A stretch of 64,000 nt of DNA from an uncultured Thermoleophilia bacterium (GTDB taxonomy: Bacteria; Actinomycetota; Thermoleophilia; UBA2241). Position numbers and translations under genes: made by a program. Positions 1-11,989 of the stretch are shown here, piece after piece (within the stretch, counting starts at the first letter, position 1; each line of letters begins with the position of its first letter). The notes under the pieces are model-generated. The model did no database searches. It had not been told where the DNA came from and was given only the letters and a program-made list of their open reading frames with translations. Location of the stretch: positions 15,839 through 79,838 of the forward strand of contig CAVQSP010000012.1 in assembly GCA_963715985.1 (NCBI GenBank). Direction: 5' to 3'.

Positions 1-897
1 GGCGCGTTGTAGGAGCTCTGCGAGGTGGCCATGTCGAGCACGGCGGGGCCGATGCCGAAGAGGAAGGGCGCCCCGGGCCGGTGCAGCTGGTGGATGACGA
101 GCCCGAACAGCGACTCGGCCACGCCCTGGCAGGTGTGCCCGGCCACGGTGATGGGCGCCGTGCCGCCGGCCAGCGGCGCCGGCGAGTAGATCGCCGGGAT
201 GCCCTTGTCGGCGCAGAACAGCAGCTTGGCGATGCTCTCCACCGGGTGGCTGAGCGGGCTCACGGGCTCCAGGTACATGGTGAAGTACGGCTTGGCCCGC
301 AACTCCTCCTCGCCGCCGCGCAGCTCGCAGGCCACGCGCCACATCACCTCGAGGTCGCCGGCGTGCTCGGAGGTCATCACCATGGGCTTGGTGGTGTTGC
401 TCGCCATGGCACGGAAGCTCTCGAGGTAGCGAGCGGTGCGGCTCCACGTCGTCGGGGTGGGCGAACGACATCACGAAGTCGATGTTGGGCAGGCGTCGCA
501 GAGACGCGCGGCGCGCCCCACGTCGGCGATGGTGCTCAGGCGGTGCTCGCCGGTCTCGAGGTCGTAGGTGCTGATGAGGTCCGAGCCGGTGCCGAAGTAG
601 CTGTTGGTCCCGCCCAGCGACATCGCCGGCTCGCCCTCGCGACTGAAGACCTCCACGACGGGCGGCGCCGTGGCGCGCGCCTCTTCGACCAGCGCACGCG
701 GGATGCGCACCAGGTGGTCGTCCTGCACCTCGCAGCCCGCGCCGCGCAGCAGCTCGCGGGCCGCCTCGTGGTGCACGCGCATGCCCACGCTCTCGATGAT
801 CTCGAGTGCGGCCTCGTAGATGGCCGTCTTGTCGGCCTCGGTGAGATACGTCAGGCGGCCTGCGCGCGGCCGGGGCTCAGGAGTCAGCGGTCGGCAC
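1..897 (-). CDS. Trimethylamine methyltransferase (MttB) family protein, runs off window edge, frameshifted
   Basis: ORF 471..1112 gives YLTEADKTAIYEAALEIIESVGM...NSYFGTGSD; after frame changes near 490 and 430 it continues NTTKPMVMT...SPAPLAGGTAPITVAG. Close paralog of 24550..26004; GGAGGAGG RBS near 903-910. Confidence 0.85.
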
Positions 898-969
898 GGT
901 GGCCTCCTCCCGTCACGACGGTCTGCTCGTCTGGTCGCGGCCGCCCGCGTCGCGGCCACGGCGGCTGAG

Positions 970-2505
970 TCACAGGCTGCGGACGATGGCGGCGAAGTCG
1001 CCGGCGGCCACAGCCGCGGCCGCGGCCTCCAGCTCCGGCGCCAGGTAGCGGTCGCGACCGAGCGTCGGCGCGAAGCGCCGCACGAGGTCGCGTCCGGCTT
1101 TGGTCCCGACACCGGCCTCGAGCGGCGCCAGCAGGTCGATGGCCTGCGCCGCGCACAGCGCCTCTATGCCCAGCACGGTCTGCGCGTTGCGCAGCACGTC
1201 GAGCAGCTTGAGCGCCGCCGTCATGCCCATGCTCACATGGTCTTCCTGGTCGCCGGAACTGGGGATGGAATCCACGCTGGCAGGGTGGCACAGCACCTTG
1301 TTCTCGGACACGAGGGCCGCGGCGGTGTACTGGGCGATCATGTAGCCGTTGTTGAGCCCGCTGTCCCTGGTGAGGAACGGCGGCAGCTCGGAGAGCGAGC
1401 TGGTGAGCATGCGGAACGTGCGCCGCTCGCTGATGCTGGCGATCTCGCTCACCGCCATGGCCGCGAGGTCGAGCGCCAGGGCGAGCGGCTCCCCGTGGAA
1501 GTTGCCGGCGGAGATGATCTCGCCGCTGTCGGGGAACACGAGCGGGTTGTCGGTGACGGCGTCCACCTCGACGGCGATGACCTCGCGCAGCCAGCGCAGG
1601 GCGTCGCGGCAGGCGCCGTGCACCTGCGGGATGCAGCGCAGCGAGTAGGCGTCCTGCACCTTGTCGCAGTTGAGGTGGCTGAGCATGATGGCGCTGCCCT
1701 CGGTGGCGGCGCGCACGTGGCCGGCCGTCTGCAGCTGGCCGGGGATGGGGCGCAGCGCCTGGATGCGCTCCTGGAAGGGACCCACAGAGGCGCGCAGGCC
1801 TTCCAGGCTCATCGCGCCGATCAGGTCCGCCGAGTCCAGCAGCGCCTCGCCGTCGGCCACCGCCAGGCAGCCGATGGCGGCCATGAACTGCGTGCCGTTG
1901 AGCAGGCTCAGGCCTTCCTTGGCCTCGGGGACGAGGGGCGCGAGCCCTGCCGCCCGCAAGGCGGGCGCGGACGGCTCGCGCCGCCCGTCATGACTGAGCA
2001 GCTCGCCCTCGCCCATCATCGCCAGCACGAGGTGCGCGGACGGGGCGAGATCGCCGGAGGCGCCCAGCGAGCCCCGCGACGGCACCCACGGCACGATGTC
2101 GGCGTTGAGCATGTCGGCGACCATCTGCGCGACCGAGGCGCGCACGCCGGAGTGACCGCGGGCCATGGTGTTCAGGCGGATGACCATGGCGGCGCGCACG
2201 GCGTCACGAGCCAGCGGCGCGCCGACGCCCACGGCGTGGCTGCGCACCAGGTTCTCCTGCAGCTCCTTCACCTTGCCGGCCGGGATGTGCGTGGTGGCCA
2301 GCAGGCCGAAGCCGGTGGTGACGCCGTACGCCACCTGCTCCTCCGCGATGACCCGGGCGATGACCTCGTGAGCGGCGGCGATGCGGTCCAGCGCGGCCCG
2401 GCCGAGGGAGACCTCGGCGCCGCCGCGCGCCACCGCCACCACCTGGTCGATGGTGAGCGGCGCGTCCCCGATCACGACGGGCGGCGGCGCGGACGTCCCG
2501 TTCAC
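970..2505 (-). CDS. hutH: Histidine ammonia-lyase
   Basis: YGVTTGFG, RSHAVG, GSLGASGDLAP (ASG MIO motif), QDAYSLRC, NFHG, QEDHVSM. Confidence 0.95.
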   Translation of the reverse strand: MNGTSAPPPVVIGDAPLTIDQVVAVARGGAEVSLGRAALDRIAAAHEVIARVIAEEQVAYGVTTGFGLLATTHIPAGKVKELQENLVRSHAVGVGAPLARDAVRAAMVIRLNTMARGHSGVRASVAQMVADMLNADIVPWVPSRGSLGASGDLAPSAHLVLAMMGEGELLSHDGRREPSAPALRAAGLAPLVPEAKEGLSLLNGTQFMAAIGCLAVADGEALLDSADLIGAMSLEGLRASVGPFQERIQALRPIPGQLQTAGHVRAATEGSAIMLSHLNCDKVQDAYSLRCIPQVHGACRDALRWLREVIAVEVDAVTDNPLVFPDSGEIISAGNFHGEPLALALDLAAMAVSEIASISERRTFRMLTSSLSELPPFLTRDSGLNNGYMIAQYTAAALVSENKVLCHPASVDSIPSSGDQEDHVSMGMTAALKLLDVLRNAQTVLGIEALCAAQAIDLLAPLEAGVGTKAGRDLVRRFAPTLGRDRYLAPELEAAAAAVAAGDFAAIVRSL

Positions 2506-3386
2506 GGGGCGACCCTCCCGCGCAGGCTCCGCCGCACCAGCGCCACGACCTCGGACGGCGCCTGGGCCACCGGGATGCCGGCGGACTCGAGCGCCCTCTT
2601 CTTGTCGGCCGCCGTACCGGCGCCGCCCTCGATGATGGCGCCGGCGTGGCCCATGCGCTTGCCGGGAGGCGCGCTGAAACCGGCCACGAAGGCCACGACC
2701 GGCTTGGTGACGTGCTCGATCACGTAGGCCGCGGCCGTCTCCTCGTCGTTGCCGCCGATCTCGCCGATCAGCACGATGGCCTCTGTCTCGGGGTCGGCCT
2801 GATAGAGCTCGAGACAGTCCACGAAGCCAAGACCGTGGACGGGGTCGCCGCCCATGCCGACCACGGTGGACTGCCCGATCTCGGCCTCCGTCAGCTTCTG
2901 GACGACCTCATAGGTGAGCGTCCCGGAGCGCGAGACGAGGCCCACCGGGCCGGGCGTGCACACATCGGCGGGCATGATGCCGACATTGGCGCGGCGCGGG
3001 GTCACGAGCCCCGGGCCGTTGGGACCGATGAGCAGCGTGCCGCGCCGCGCGAGGTGAGAGATGACCTCGGCCATGTCCCGCGCCGGGATGTCCTCGGTGA
3101 CGCACACGAGCAGGCGGATGCCGCCGTCCGCCGCCTCGATCATGGCGTCGCGGGCGTAGTGCGCGGGGACGAAGACCACGGAGACGTCGGCGCCGGTCTG
3201 CGCCACGGCATCGGCGACGGTGTCGAAGACCGGGAGGCCGGCGACCTCCTGCCCGGCGCGACCGGGAGACGTGCCGGCGACCACGTTGGTGCCGGCGGCG
3301 CGCATGCGCGCCGCGTGGAAGGTGCCTTCGCGGCCGGTGATGCCCTGCACGAGCACGCGGCTGTGTTCGTCGACGAGGATGGCCAT
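2502..3386 (-). CDS. sucD: Succinyl-CoA synthetase alpha subunit
   Basis: MAILVDEHSRVLVQGITG, SRSGTLTYE, GEIGG, KRMGHAGA phospho-His motif (C-terminal part of ORF 2502..4385). Confidence 0.93.
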   Translation of the reverse strand: MAILVDEHSRVLVQGITGREGTFHAARMRAAGTNVVAGTSPGRAGQEVAGLPVFDTVADAVAQTGADVSVVFVPAHYARDAMIEAADGGIRLLVCVTEDIPARDMAEVISHLARRGTLLIGPNGPGLVTPRRANVGIMPADVCTPGPVGLVSRSGTLTYEVVQKLTEAEIGQSTVVGMGGDPVHGLGFVDCLELYQADPETEAIVLIGEIGGNDEETAAAYVIEHVTKPVVAFVAGFSAPPGKRMGHAGAIIEGGAGTAADKKRALESAGIPVAQAPSEVVALVRRSLRGRVAP

Positions 3387-4567
3387 CAGTCGCCTCCCCC
3401 GGTCGTGGTGGCGGCAGGCAGGTCGCCGCGGGCCGCCGCGACCGCGAGCTCGACGGCCTCGGCCGCGCTGCCGGCGACGGTGACGCCGGCCAGCCCCGCC
3501 TCGGCGAGCACGGAGCGGCCGTCGGCGGCCGCCGTGCCGTCCAGGCGGACGATGACCGGCACGTCCACCTTGCTCTCGCCGAACACCTGCACGAGCCCGC
3601 GCGCGACCTCGTCGCAGCGGGTGATGCCACCGAAGATGCTCACGAGCACGGCGGCCACGTGGCCGCCGGCGAGGATGACCTCGAGGGCGTCGGCCACGAC
3701 CTTGGCACGGGCGCCGCCGCCGATGTCGCAGAAGTCCGCGGCGGCGCCTCCGGCCGCGGCGATCTGGTCGATGGTGCTCATCACGAGTCCGGCGCCGTTG
3801 CCCAGCACGCCGATGTCGCCGTCCAGCTCGACGAACGCGAGCCCGGCCCTGTGGGCCTTCGCCTCGCGTGCATCCGCCGACGCCTCGGCCAGGGCGGCGA
3901 AGTCCGGGTGCCGGAACAGCGCGCTGTCGTCGACGGTGACCTTGCTGTCCAGGCACACCACCACGCCGTCCTGGGTGAGGGCGAGCGGGTTGATCTCGAT
4001 CAGCGTGGCATCGCTCTCGAGATAGAGACTCCAGGCGGCGCGCACGGTGGCGTCCAGGGCACGGCCGGCGTAGGACTTGCGCGGCAGGCCGGCGGCCGCC
4101 AGCACGTCGCGGACCTGGTAGTCGCAGAGGCCCAGCAGCGGATCCACCGGCCGGCGCACGATGGCCGAGGGGTCGCGATGGGCGAGGTCTTCGATGTCCA
4201 CACCGCCCTCGCGCGCGAACACGAGCACAGGGCCGCGGGCGGCGCGGGACAGCGCGATGGAGAGGTACATCTCCCGCGCGATGTCCGCGGCCTCCTCCAC
4301 GAGCACGGCCTCGACCGGCTTGTCCTTGATGGTCATGGCGAGGATCTCGGCGGCCGCAGCCTCCACCTCGTCGCGAGTCTGGCACAGGCGTACGCCGCCG
4401 GCCTTGCCGCGGCCGCCCGTCTTGACCTGCGCCTTGACGACGGCGGGGAGGCCGAGGCGGCGGGTGGCCTCGACGGCCTCCGCCGGCGTGACGGCCACCG
4501 CGCTGGCCAGCACGGGCAGCCCGGCGGCCGCGAACAGCTTCTTGCCCTGATGCTCAAGCAGGTCCAC
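3386..4567 (-). CDS. sucC: Succinyl-CoA synthetase beta subunit
   Basis: MDLLEHQGK, KAQVKTGGRGKAGG, EINPL, NGAGLVM, IFGGITRCD. Confidence 0.93.
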   Translation of the reverse strand: MDLLEHQGKKLFAAAGLPVLASAVAVTPAEAVEATRRLGLPAVVKAQVKTGGRGKAGGVRLCQTRDEVEAAAAEILAMTIKDKPVEAVLVEEAADIAREMYLSIALSRAARGPVLVFAREGGVDIEDLAHRDPSAIVRRPVDPLLGLCDYQVRDVLAAAGLPRKSYAGRALDATVRAAWSLYLESDATLIEINPLALTQDGVVVCLDSKVTVDDSALFRHPDFAALAEASADAREAKAHRAGLAFVELDGDIGVLGNGAGLVMSTIDQIAAAGGAAADFCDIGGGARAKVVADALEVILAGGHVAAVLVSIFGGITRCDEVARGLVQVFGESKVDVPVIVRLDGTAAADGRSVLAEAGLAGVTVAGSAAEAVELAVAAARGDLPAATTTGGGD

Positions 4568-4570
4568 GGG

Positions 4571-5131
4571 CTACGCCTCCAAGGCGAGCCGCCGCCCAAG
4601 GCGGAACGCTTCGCGGTTGAGCTCGCGGAACTTCTCCGGCACGCGGCTCAGCACGGCGTGCTCGACCGCGTCCGCCGGCAGAAAGCCGGCGGACTCCACG
4701 AGCGCGCCGAGCGCCACGATATTGGTGACCACCTTCTTCTTGAGCTCCTCGGCGGCGGCACGCGTGAACGGCGCCCCGCACAGGGTCCAGCGCTCGCTCT
4801 CCGGCCCCAGCTCGATGAGGTCGGAGTCGTAGACCAGCAGCCCGCCGGGACGCATGTCCATGACGTAGGCGCGGTAGGCGCCGGGCGCCAGGCAGAGGTT
4901 CACGTCCGGCGAGAGCACCTCGGGGAAGTCGATCTCCTCGTCGGAGATGATGACCTCGCTCTTGGAGGCCCCGCCGCGCGCGGCGGGGCCGTAGCTCTGC
5001 GTCTGCACCACCTGCTTGCCGAGGTCGGTGGCCGCCTCGGCGACGATGGCGGCGGCCAGCAGGATGCCCTGGCCGCCGGCCCCGGAGAAGCGGATCTCGG
5101 CACGCACGGTGAGGTCGCGGGCCTCAGCCAT
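4571..5131 (-). CDS. 2-oxoacid:ferredoxin oxidoreductase gamma subunit
   Basis: IRFSGAGGQG, QSYGPAARGG, NIVALGAL. Confidence 0.9.
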   Translation of the reverse strand: MAEARDLTVRAEIRFSGAGGQGILLAAAIVAEAATDLGKQVVQTQSYGPAARGGASKSEVIISDEEIDFPEVLSPDVNLCLAPGAYRAYVMDMRPGGLLVYDSDLIELGPESERWTLCGAPFTRAAAEELKKKVVTNIVALGALVESAGFLPADAVEHAVLSRVPEKFRELNREAFRLGRRLALEA

Positions 5132-6035
5132 CCTTGCCTCCTCTGGCAGCGGCCTGGCTCTGCGCCTTCTCGGCCACCTCGGCCAGCGCCGTGACGAACT
5201 CCTTGCGCTCGGCGTGGTGGATGAGACCCACGGGGTACTGGTCGTGCGTACGCGACTCGCCCTCCTCGAACTTGCTCGCCGGCACGGAGCGCTCCTTCTG
5301 CACCTTGAGGAACTCGGCCGGGTCCGGCGTGAGGTTGAAGCGCCCGTAGTAGACGGGGCACACGGCCATCGCCTCGACCATGGAGAAGCCCTTGTGGGCG
5401 ATGCCGCCGGCGATGACGTCCACCAGCTGGCGGTAGCCCCAGGCGGTGCCGCGGGCCACGTAGGTGGCCCCCGCGGCGTGCGCCAGCTCGCAGAGGTCGA
5501 AGGCCGGCTCCACGTTGCCGTACACGCTGGTCGTGGACTTGTCGCCGGTGTGCGTGGTGGGGCTCATCTGCCCGCCGGTCATGCCGTAGATGGAGTTGTT
5601 GAAGACGAGCGCCGTCACGTCGATGTTGCGGCGCGCCGCGTGGATGAAGTGGTTGCCGCCGATGGCGGAGGAGTCGCCGTCGCCCATGGCGACGATGACG
5701 TGCAGCGAGGGGTCGGCGGTCTTGGCGCCGGTGGCCACCGCGAGGGCGCGGCCGTGGGCCGTGTGCACGGTGGAGAACTCGAGGTACTGGGCGATGCGGC
5801 CGCTGCAGCCGATGCCGGCGACCACCACGACCTTCTCCGGGTCCAGGCCGAGGCCGAGGATGGCGTCCACGAGCGCCCGCGTGATGGTGCCGTTGGAGCA
5901 CCCCGGGCACCAGATGGTCCGCGTGGTGCGCAGCCACGGGACGATCTCGCTGGTGGTGTGCAGCTTGATGCGCGGCAGCTTGTAGTCGGCCTGAGGCGTC
6001 GACTCCAGGCTTTGTTCGTCGACGAGGGCGGTCAT
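5124..6035 (-). CDS. 2-oxoacid:ferredoxin oxidoreductase beta (TPP-binding) subunit
   Basis: WCPGC, GIGCS, HGRA, GDGD...NNSIYGMTGGQ. Confidence 0.92.
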   Translation of the reverse strand: MTALVDEQSLESTPQADYKLPRIKLHTTSEIVPWLRTTRTIWCPGCSNGTITRALVDAILGLGLDPEKVVVVAGIGCSGRIAQYLEFSTVHTAHGRALAVATGAKTADPSLHVIVAMGDGDSSAIGGNHFIHAARRNIDVTALVFNNSIYGMTGGQMSPTTHTGDKSTTSVYGNVEPAFDLCELAHAAGATYVARGTAWGYRQLVDVIAGGIAHKGFSMVEAMAVCPVYYGRFNLTPDPAEFLKVQKERSVPASKFEEGESRTHDQYPVGLIHHAERKEFVTALAEVAEKAQSQAAARGGKDG

Positions 6036-7196
6036 GACGCCTCCCAGTCCTGGTAGTAGAACTCGGCTTTGACGAGCTCCTCGATCTCCGCCGGGGTGAT
6101 GAGCTTGCCGTCCACGCGGCCGTAGTCGACGACCTTGCAGCGCCCGCCCACAGCCGCCTGCACCTCCCAGCTCATCTGCTTGATGTTCATCTCCGGCACG
6201 ATGACGGTACGCACCTGCTCGGCCATGCGCTCCACCGACCTCGTGGGGAACGGCCACAGCGTGATGGGCCGCACCATGCCGAGGCGCACGCCCTGGGCGC
6301 GCGCCCACTTGACCACGGCGCGCGCCGAGCGCGCCACGCTGCCGTAGGCGAAGATGGCCACGTCGGCGTCGTGCATCATGTAGTTCTCCACGCGCACGAT
6401 GGCGTCGCGGTGGTGGTAGATCTTCTCGCGCAGGTAGCTGCCCAGGTCGCTGGCCACCTCCGGGTCGCCGGTCTCGGGGGCGCCGCTGCGGCGGTTGTAG
6501 ACGAGGCCGGTGACGTGCACGCGGAAGGGCGATCCCAGCGGCGGCCGCGGGAGGATGTTGTCGAGGTCGCTCATCACGGTGTCGTACTCGTCGGGCTCGC
6601 AGTCCGGGCAGGCCGCGCGTGGCGATGCGCAGGGCGCCCGGCTCGGGCAGCACGACGGCCTCGCGCATGTGGCCCACGAGCGCGTCGGAGAGGATGATGA
6701 CCGGGGTGCGGTACTGCTCGGCCAGGTTGAAGGCCTCCACAGTGAGCGTGTAGCACTCGAGCACGCTGCTGGGCACGAGGGCGATCACGGAGTGTTCGCC
6801 GTGCGTGCCCCAGCGGGCCTGCATGACGTCGCCCTGGGCGGGCTCCGTGGGCAGGCCCGTGGAGGGCCCGCCGCGCATCACGTCGACGATGACGCAGGGG
6901 ATCTGCGCCATGGTCGCGAAGCCGATCATCTCCTGCATCAGGCTGAAGCCCGGGCCGGAGGTGGCGGTGAGCGCCTTGGCGCCGGCCAGGCTGGCCCCGC
7001 ACACGGCGGCGATGGAGGCGATCTCGTCCTCCATCTGGATGAACCTGCCGCCCACCTCGGGCAGCCGCCGGGCCAGGCGCTCGGCGATCTCCGTGGACGG
7101 CGTGATGGGGTAGCCGGCGAAGAAGCGGGCGCCGGCGGCGATGGCTCCCTCGGCGACCGCCTCGTTGCCCTGCAGCAGGATCGGTGTGCCGGCCAT
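6032..7196 (-). CDS. 2-oxoacid:ferredoxin oxidoreductase alpha subunit (frameshift near 6600)
   Basis: GNEAVAEG, AGYPITPSTE, QMEDE, ATSGPG, RGGPSTG; C-terminus in ORF 6032..6577. Confidence 0.9.
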
Positions 7197-7231
7197 GTCA
7201 GTTCTCCTCGTGACGGTGGGCGCAGGCCTCG

Positions 7232-7543
7232 TCATCGGGGCCCTGCGGCGGCGGCCTTGGCTTGCGGCGCCTTGAGCGCCGCGTAGACGCGCTCGGCGTG
7301 GGCCTCGTGCCGACTCGTCCGCCTCCTGCTCGCCCTTCTTCTCGCGGCGCCGCACCTCGATGGCGAAGTCCGGGCAGTGCAGCTCGCAGAGCAGGCACAG
7401 GGTGCAGTCGTCCGGGCGCGCGAGGATGGGCTCACCCATGTCGGTCTCGTCGAACACGTGCTGCGGGCACAGCTCGATGCAGATGCCGCAGGCCTTGCAG
7501 AGGCTGATGTCGAGCGCGAGGGGCGGCGCCTGTTGCTCGGTGT

Positions 7544-7547
<4 letters not shown>
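7232..7547 (-). CDS. 2[4Fe-4S] ferredoxin, delta subunit of the oxidoreductase (frameshift near 7310)
   Basis: [12 protein letters not shown] and [12 protein letters not shown] motifs. Confidence 0.85.
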
Positions 7548-9217
<1,670 letters not shown>

Positions 9218-9324
9218 AGTGCCGCCTCGCTTCGCGGAGTTGGTTTCGGCATGCGGTCGCCCGCATTCATATGCTCACCCAGACTCACCCCGCGCCCGCG
9301 CGCCTTCAACCCGAGGGGCAGTGT

Positions 9325-9340
9325 GTCCAGCGAGCTGGAC
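9325..9340. promoter_or_regulatory. Palindromic operator GTCC-N8-GGAC upstream of hutU
   Basis: gtccagcgagctggac; 15 bp from minus-strand TTGAAG (9304-9309). Confidence 0.7.
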
Positions 9341-9367
9341 GCGTTTTCCCTCCCGCACACGGGACTC

Positions 9368-9383
9368 GTCCGCGATTCTGGAC
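9368..9383. promoter_or_regulatory. Second GTCC-N8-GGAC operator upstream of hutU
   Basis: ctcGTCCgcgattctGGACgag, extended palindrome 9365-9386. Confidence 0.65.
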
Positions 9384-9540
9384 GAGACGGGGATGCCGGG
9401 AGCGCTCGAGCGTCATTCCCGCGACCGGCTTGAGCAGTGTCCGAGTGACGAGTTCAAGCAACGACACCGTTGGAAGTGCCGTTGCTTGAAAGGCCTGTCT
9501 CATAGGTCCTGCCAGGCGCCGCCCGCGAGAGCCGCCGGCA

Positions 9541-9583
<43 letters not shown>

Positions 9584-9605
9584 AGGACCATGCCGGGAAC
9601 GAGTC

Positions 9606-9640
9606 CGGCCCGCGAGCGCCGGTGCGGGGCTCGCGGGCCG
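9606..9640 (-). terminator. GC-rich hairpin after the corrinoid protein gene
   Basis: cggcccgcgagc / gctcgcgggccg 12-bp inverted repeat, no clear U-tract. Confidence 0.45.
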
Positions 9641-9663
9641 AATGAAGAGGGACGGCTGTCTCG

Positions 9664-10287
9664 TCAGGCCACCAGGCTCTTGCAGAGCACGACGGCGCCC
9701 GGTGCGTCCGAGGCGTACCCATCGGCCTGGATCTCGTCGGCGTAGGCCTGCGTGAGCGGCGCGCCGCCGACGATGGCCTTGGCCGCCACGCCGGCCTCGT
9801 GCATGGCCTCCACGGTCCTGCGCATCTGCGGCATGGTCGTGACGAGCAGCGCCGACATGCCGACCACGTCGGCCTCGTGCTCGGTGGCGGCGGCCACGAA
9901 GGCCTCCGGCGCCACGTCGTTGCCCAGGTCCACGACGTTGAAGCCGGCGCCCTCGAGCATCAGCACCACGAGGTTCTTGCCGATGTCGTGCAGGTCGCCT
10001 TTGACGGCGCCGATCACCACGGTGCCCTTGCCGCCGCTCACACCCTCGACAAGCAGGGGCTTCAGCAGGGCCAGGCCCTCCTGCATGGCCTCGGCGGACA
10101 CCAGCATCTCGGGGATGAAGAGGTCGCCTTTGGCGAACATGGCGCCGACCTCGTCCATGGCCGGGATGAGGCCGTTGTCCAGGATGTCTGCGGCCGATAC
10201 GCCTTCGTCCAGGTGCTGCTGCACGAGGCGGGGGGCCTCGTCGACGTCGCCCTCGATCACTGCCTTCTGCAATTCGTCAAACGCCAT
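9664..10287 (-). CDS. Methyltransferase cognate corrinoid protein
   Basis: B12-binding cap domain plus GDLHDIGKNLV (DxHxxG), SALL and GG motifs. Confidence 0.93.
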   Translation of the reverse strand: MAFDELQKAVIEGDVDEAPRLVQQHLDEGVSAADILDNGLIPAMDEVGAMFAKGDLFIPEMLVSAEAMQEGLALLKPLLVEGVSGGKGTVVIGAVKGDLHDIGKNLVVLMLEGAGFNVVDLGNDVAPEAFVAAATEHEADVVGMSALLVTTMPQMRRTVEAMHEAGVAAKAIVGGAPLTQAYADEIQADGYASDAPGAVVLCKSLVA

Positions 10288-10332
10288 CGTTCCTCCAGAG
10301 TGTCACGGCTGAATGCCGGGGGGTTCCGGCGC

Positions 10333-11775
10333 TCAGCCGGCCAGCGCCTTGTCGGCGGCCTTCACGACGTTGTCCATGTCGCGCTTGACGTCGTCGGGCA
10401 GCGCCAGGGGCCGGAGGTCCTTCTTCAGCTCCCTGTAGAGCTCGGTGGCGCGGGTGTGCAGGTCCTTGCGGCCCGCGGCGACCCAGTTGTCCAGCACGTC
10501 CGGCACGAAGAGGTCGGGGCGGATCATCTCGCGGCAGTGGCGCAGCGTGTGCTTGCGGCGCAGGTAGTGACCGCCGGCGCCGGCATCGATGATGTCCTCC
10601 ACAGCCAGGGTCTCGTCGTCCACCTGGACGCCGGCCACGGTGCGCTGGATGACGGCGAGCAGGCGGTCGTCGATGACCAGCTCCACCGGGCTCGCGAGCG
10701 TGGAGCCGCCGAGGCGGCCGGCGCCGTACAGGATGTCCGCGCCGGCCATCGCCAGCACCGCCGGCTGCAGCGTCTTCTCGGAGGCCGTCTGGCCGTCCGG
10801 CAGGTACGAGTCGGCCATCATCGAGAAGGTCTCCACCGGCACCTTCCAGGCCTCCTTGCAGAACTGGGCCGTGGCGGCGCGCGTGAGGATCGTCTCGCTG
10901 CTGGCCAGCAGCGCGTTGCCGGTGCCCAGGTCCATCGTCGTGTTGAACACGGTGGCGATGAACGGCAGCCCCGGCTTGAACAGCTGCGACATGACGAGGA
11001 AGGCGAGCAGCTCCACGGCCTCGAGCAGCACGGTGCCGGCGATGGTGCCGGGCGCGGTGGCGCCGAGCACGGGCAGCGAGTTGGCGGCCACGGGGATGTC
11101 GTACTCGGCCGCGCCGGCGAGCTGCGCCATGTCCATGTCCTTGAACACCAGCGGGCTCAGGGACGTCGGGTTGATGAGGAGGAGCGGGCGCTTGCGGAGC
11201 TCGTCGGCGCCGCCCGCGCGGGCGAGCATGAGGTCGAAGAGGTACGGCACGCTCTCGTAGCAGTACGCGAGCAGCATGAGCGGCTTGGACGTGTTCTGCA
11301 GCTGCACGTTGAGGCCGTGGACGTCCGCGGTCTCCATGGGCGCGTCCATGGGCGTCTGGATGGCGCAGACGTCGATGTTGGGCAGCACCTCGACGAGCTG
11401 GCACCACTCGGCGAAGCGCTCGTGCGTGTTGTCCACGTAGTCGCCGACGTCGGGGTCCAGGTAGCGCATCGTCTGCACGCACGTGGTGGAGTAGAAGCGC
11501 CCGGACGGGTCCGGGACGGTGAAGTCGTGCTTCTCGTCGCCGCCCTTCACGGTCACCGAGGAAGGCACGCTCCTGAGGGCGGCCTCGATGGTCGCGGCGG
11601 GGAACTTGACCATGCGCGTCTCGTGGTCGACCTCGGCCCCGGCTGCGGCGAGCCGGCCCAGCGACTCCTCGTGGTCGACCTTCACGCCGTAGGTCGACAG
11701 GATGTGGACGGCTTTCTCGTGGATCGAGGCGACGTCCTCCGCCTCGAGCAGCTGCACCCGCAAGGTCTTGGCCAT
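10333..11775 (-). CDS. MttB-family methyltransferase (non-pyrrolysine)
   Basis: IHEKAVHILSTYGV, NTSKP, SPL, GATAPGTIAG, DLGTG, GAGGHYL; no in-frame TAG. Confidence 0.88.
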   Translation of the reverse strand: MAKTLRVQLLEAEDVASIHEKAVHILSTYGVKVDHEESLGRLAAAGAEVDHETRMVKFPAATIEAALRSVPSSVTVKGGDEKHDFTVPDPSGRFYSTTCVQTMRYLDPDVGDYVDNTHERFAEWCQLVEVLPNIDVCAIQTPMDAPMETADVHGLNVQLQNTSKPLMLLAYCYESVPYLFDLMLARAGGADELRKRPLLLINPTSLSPLVFKDMDMAQLAGAAEYDIPVAANSLPVLGATAPGTIAGTVLLEAVELLAFLVMSQLFKPGLPFIATVFNTTMDLGTGNALLASSETILTRAATAQFCKEAWKVPVETFSMMADSYLPDGQTASEKTLQPAVLAMAGADILYGAGRLGGSTLASPVELVIDDRLLAVIQRTVAGVQVDDETLAVEDIIDAGAGGHYLRRKHTLRHCREMIRPDLFVPDVLDNWVAAGRKDLHTRATELYRELKKDLRPLALPDDVKRDMDNVVKAADKALAG

Positions 11776-11897
11776 GGCTTCTCCCCTTCACTGAGTCTCA
11801 AAAATGCGGCCGGGCGGGTGCGCGGACACAGTCCCGATTCCGGAGTGGCCTCAGCCTAGCTACGCACACTCGAGACGCACAAGACCGAGACAGAGGC

Positions 11898-11913
11898 GTC
11901 CGAGATACGGGAC
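11898..11913. promoter_or_regulatory. GTCC-N8-GGAC operator upstream of mttB-corrinoid operon
   Basis: gtccgagatacgggac; 15 bp from minus-strand TTGTGC-N18-TAGGCT (11882..11853). Confidence 0.7.
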
Positions 11914-11989
11914 GGTATCGGGGGGCCGGATGCGGGCGGGAGACGGAGGAGGCGCAGGCGACGGTCGGCGGACCGGCGGCAGAGCCGCG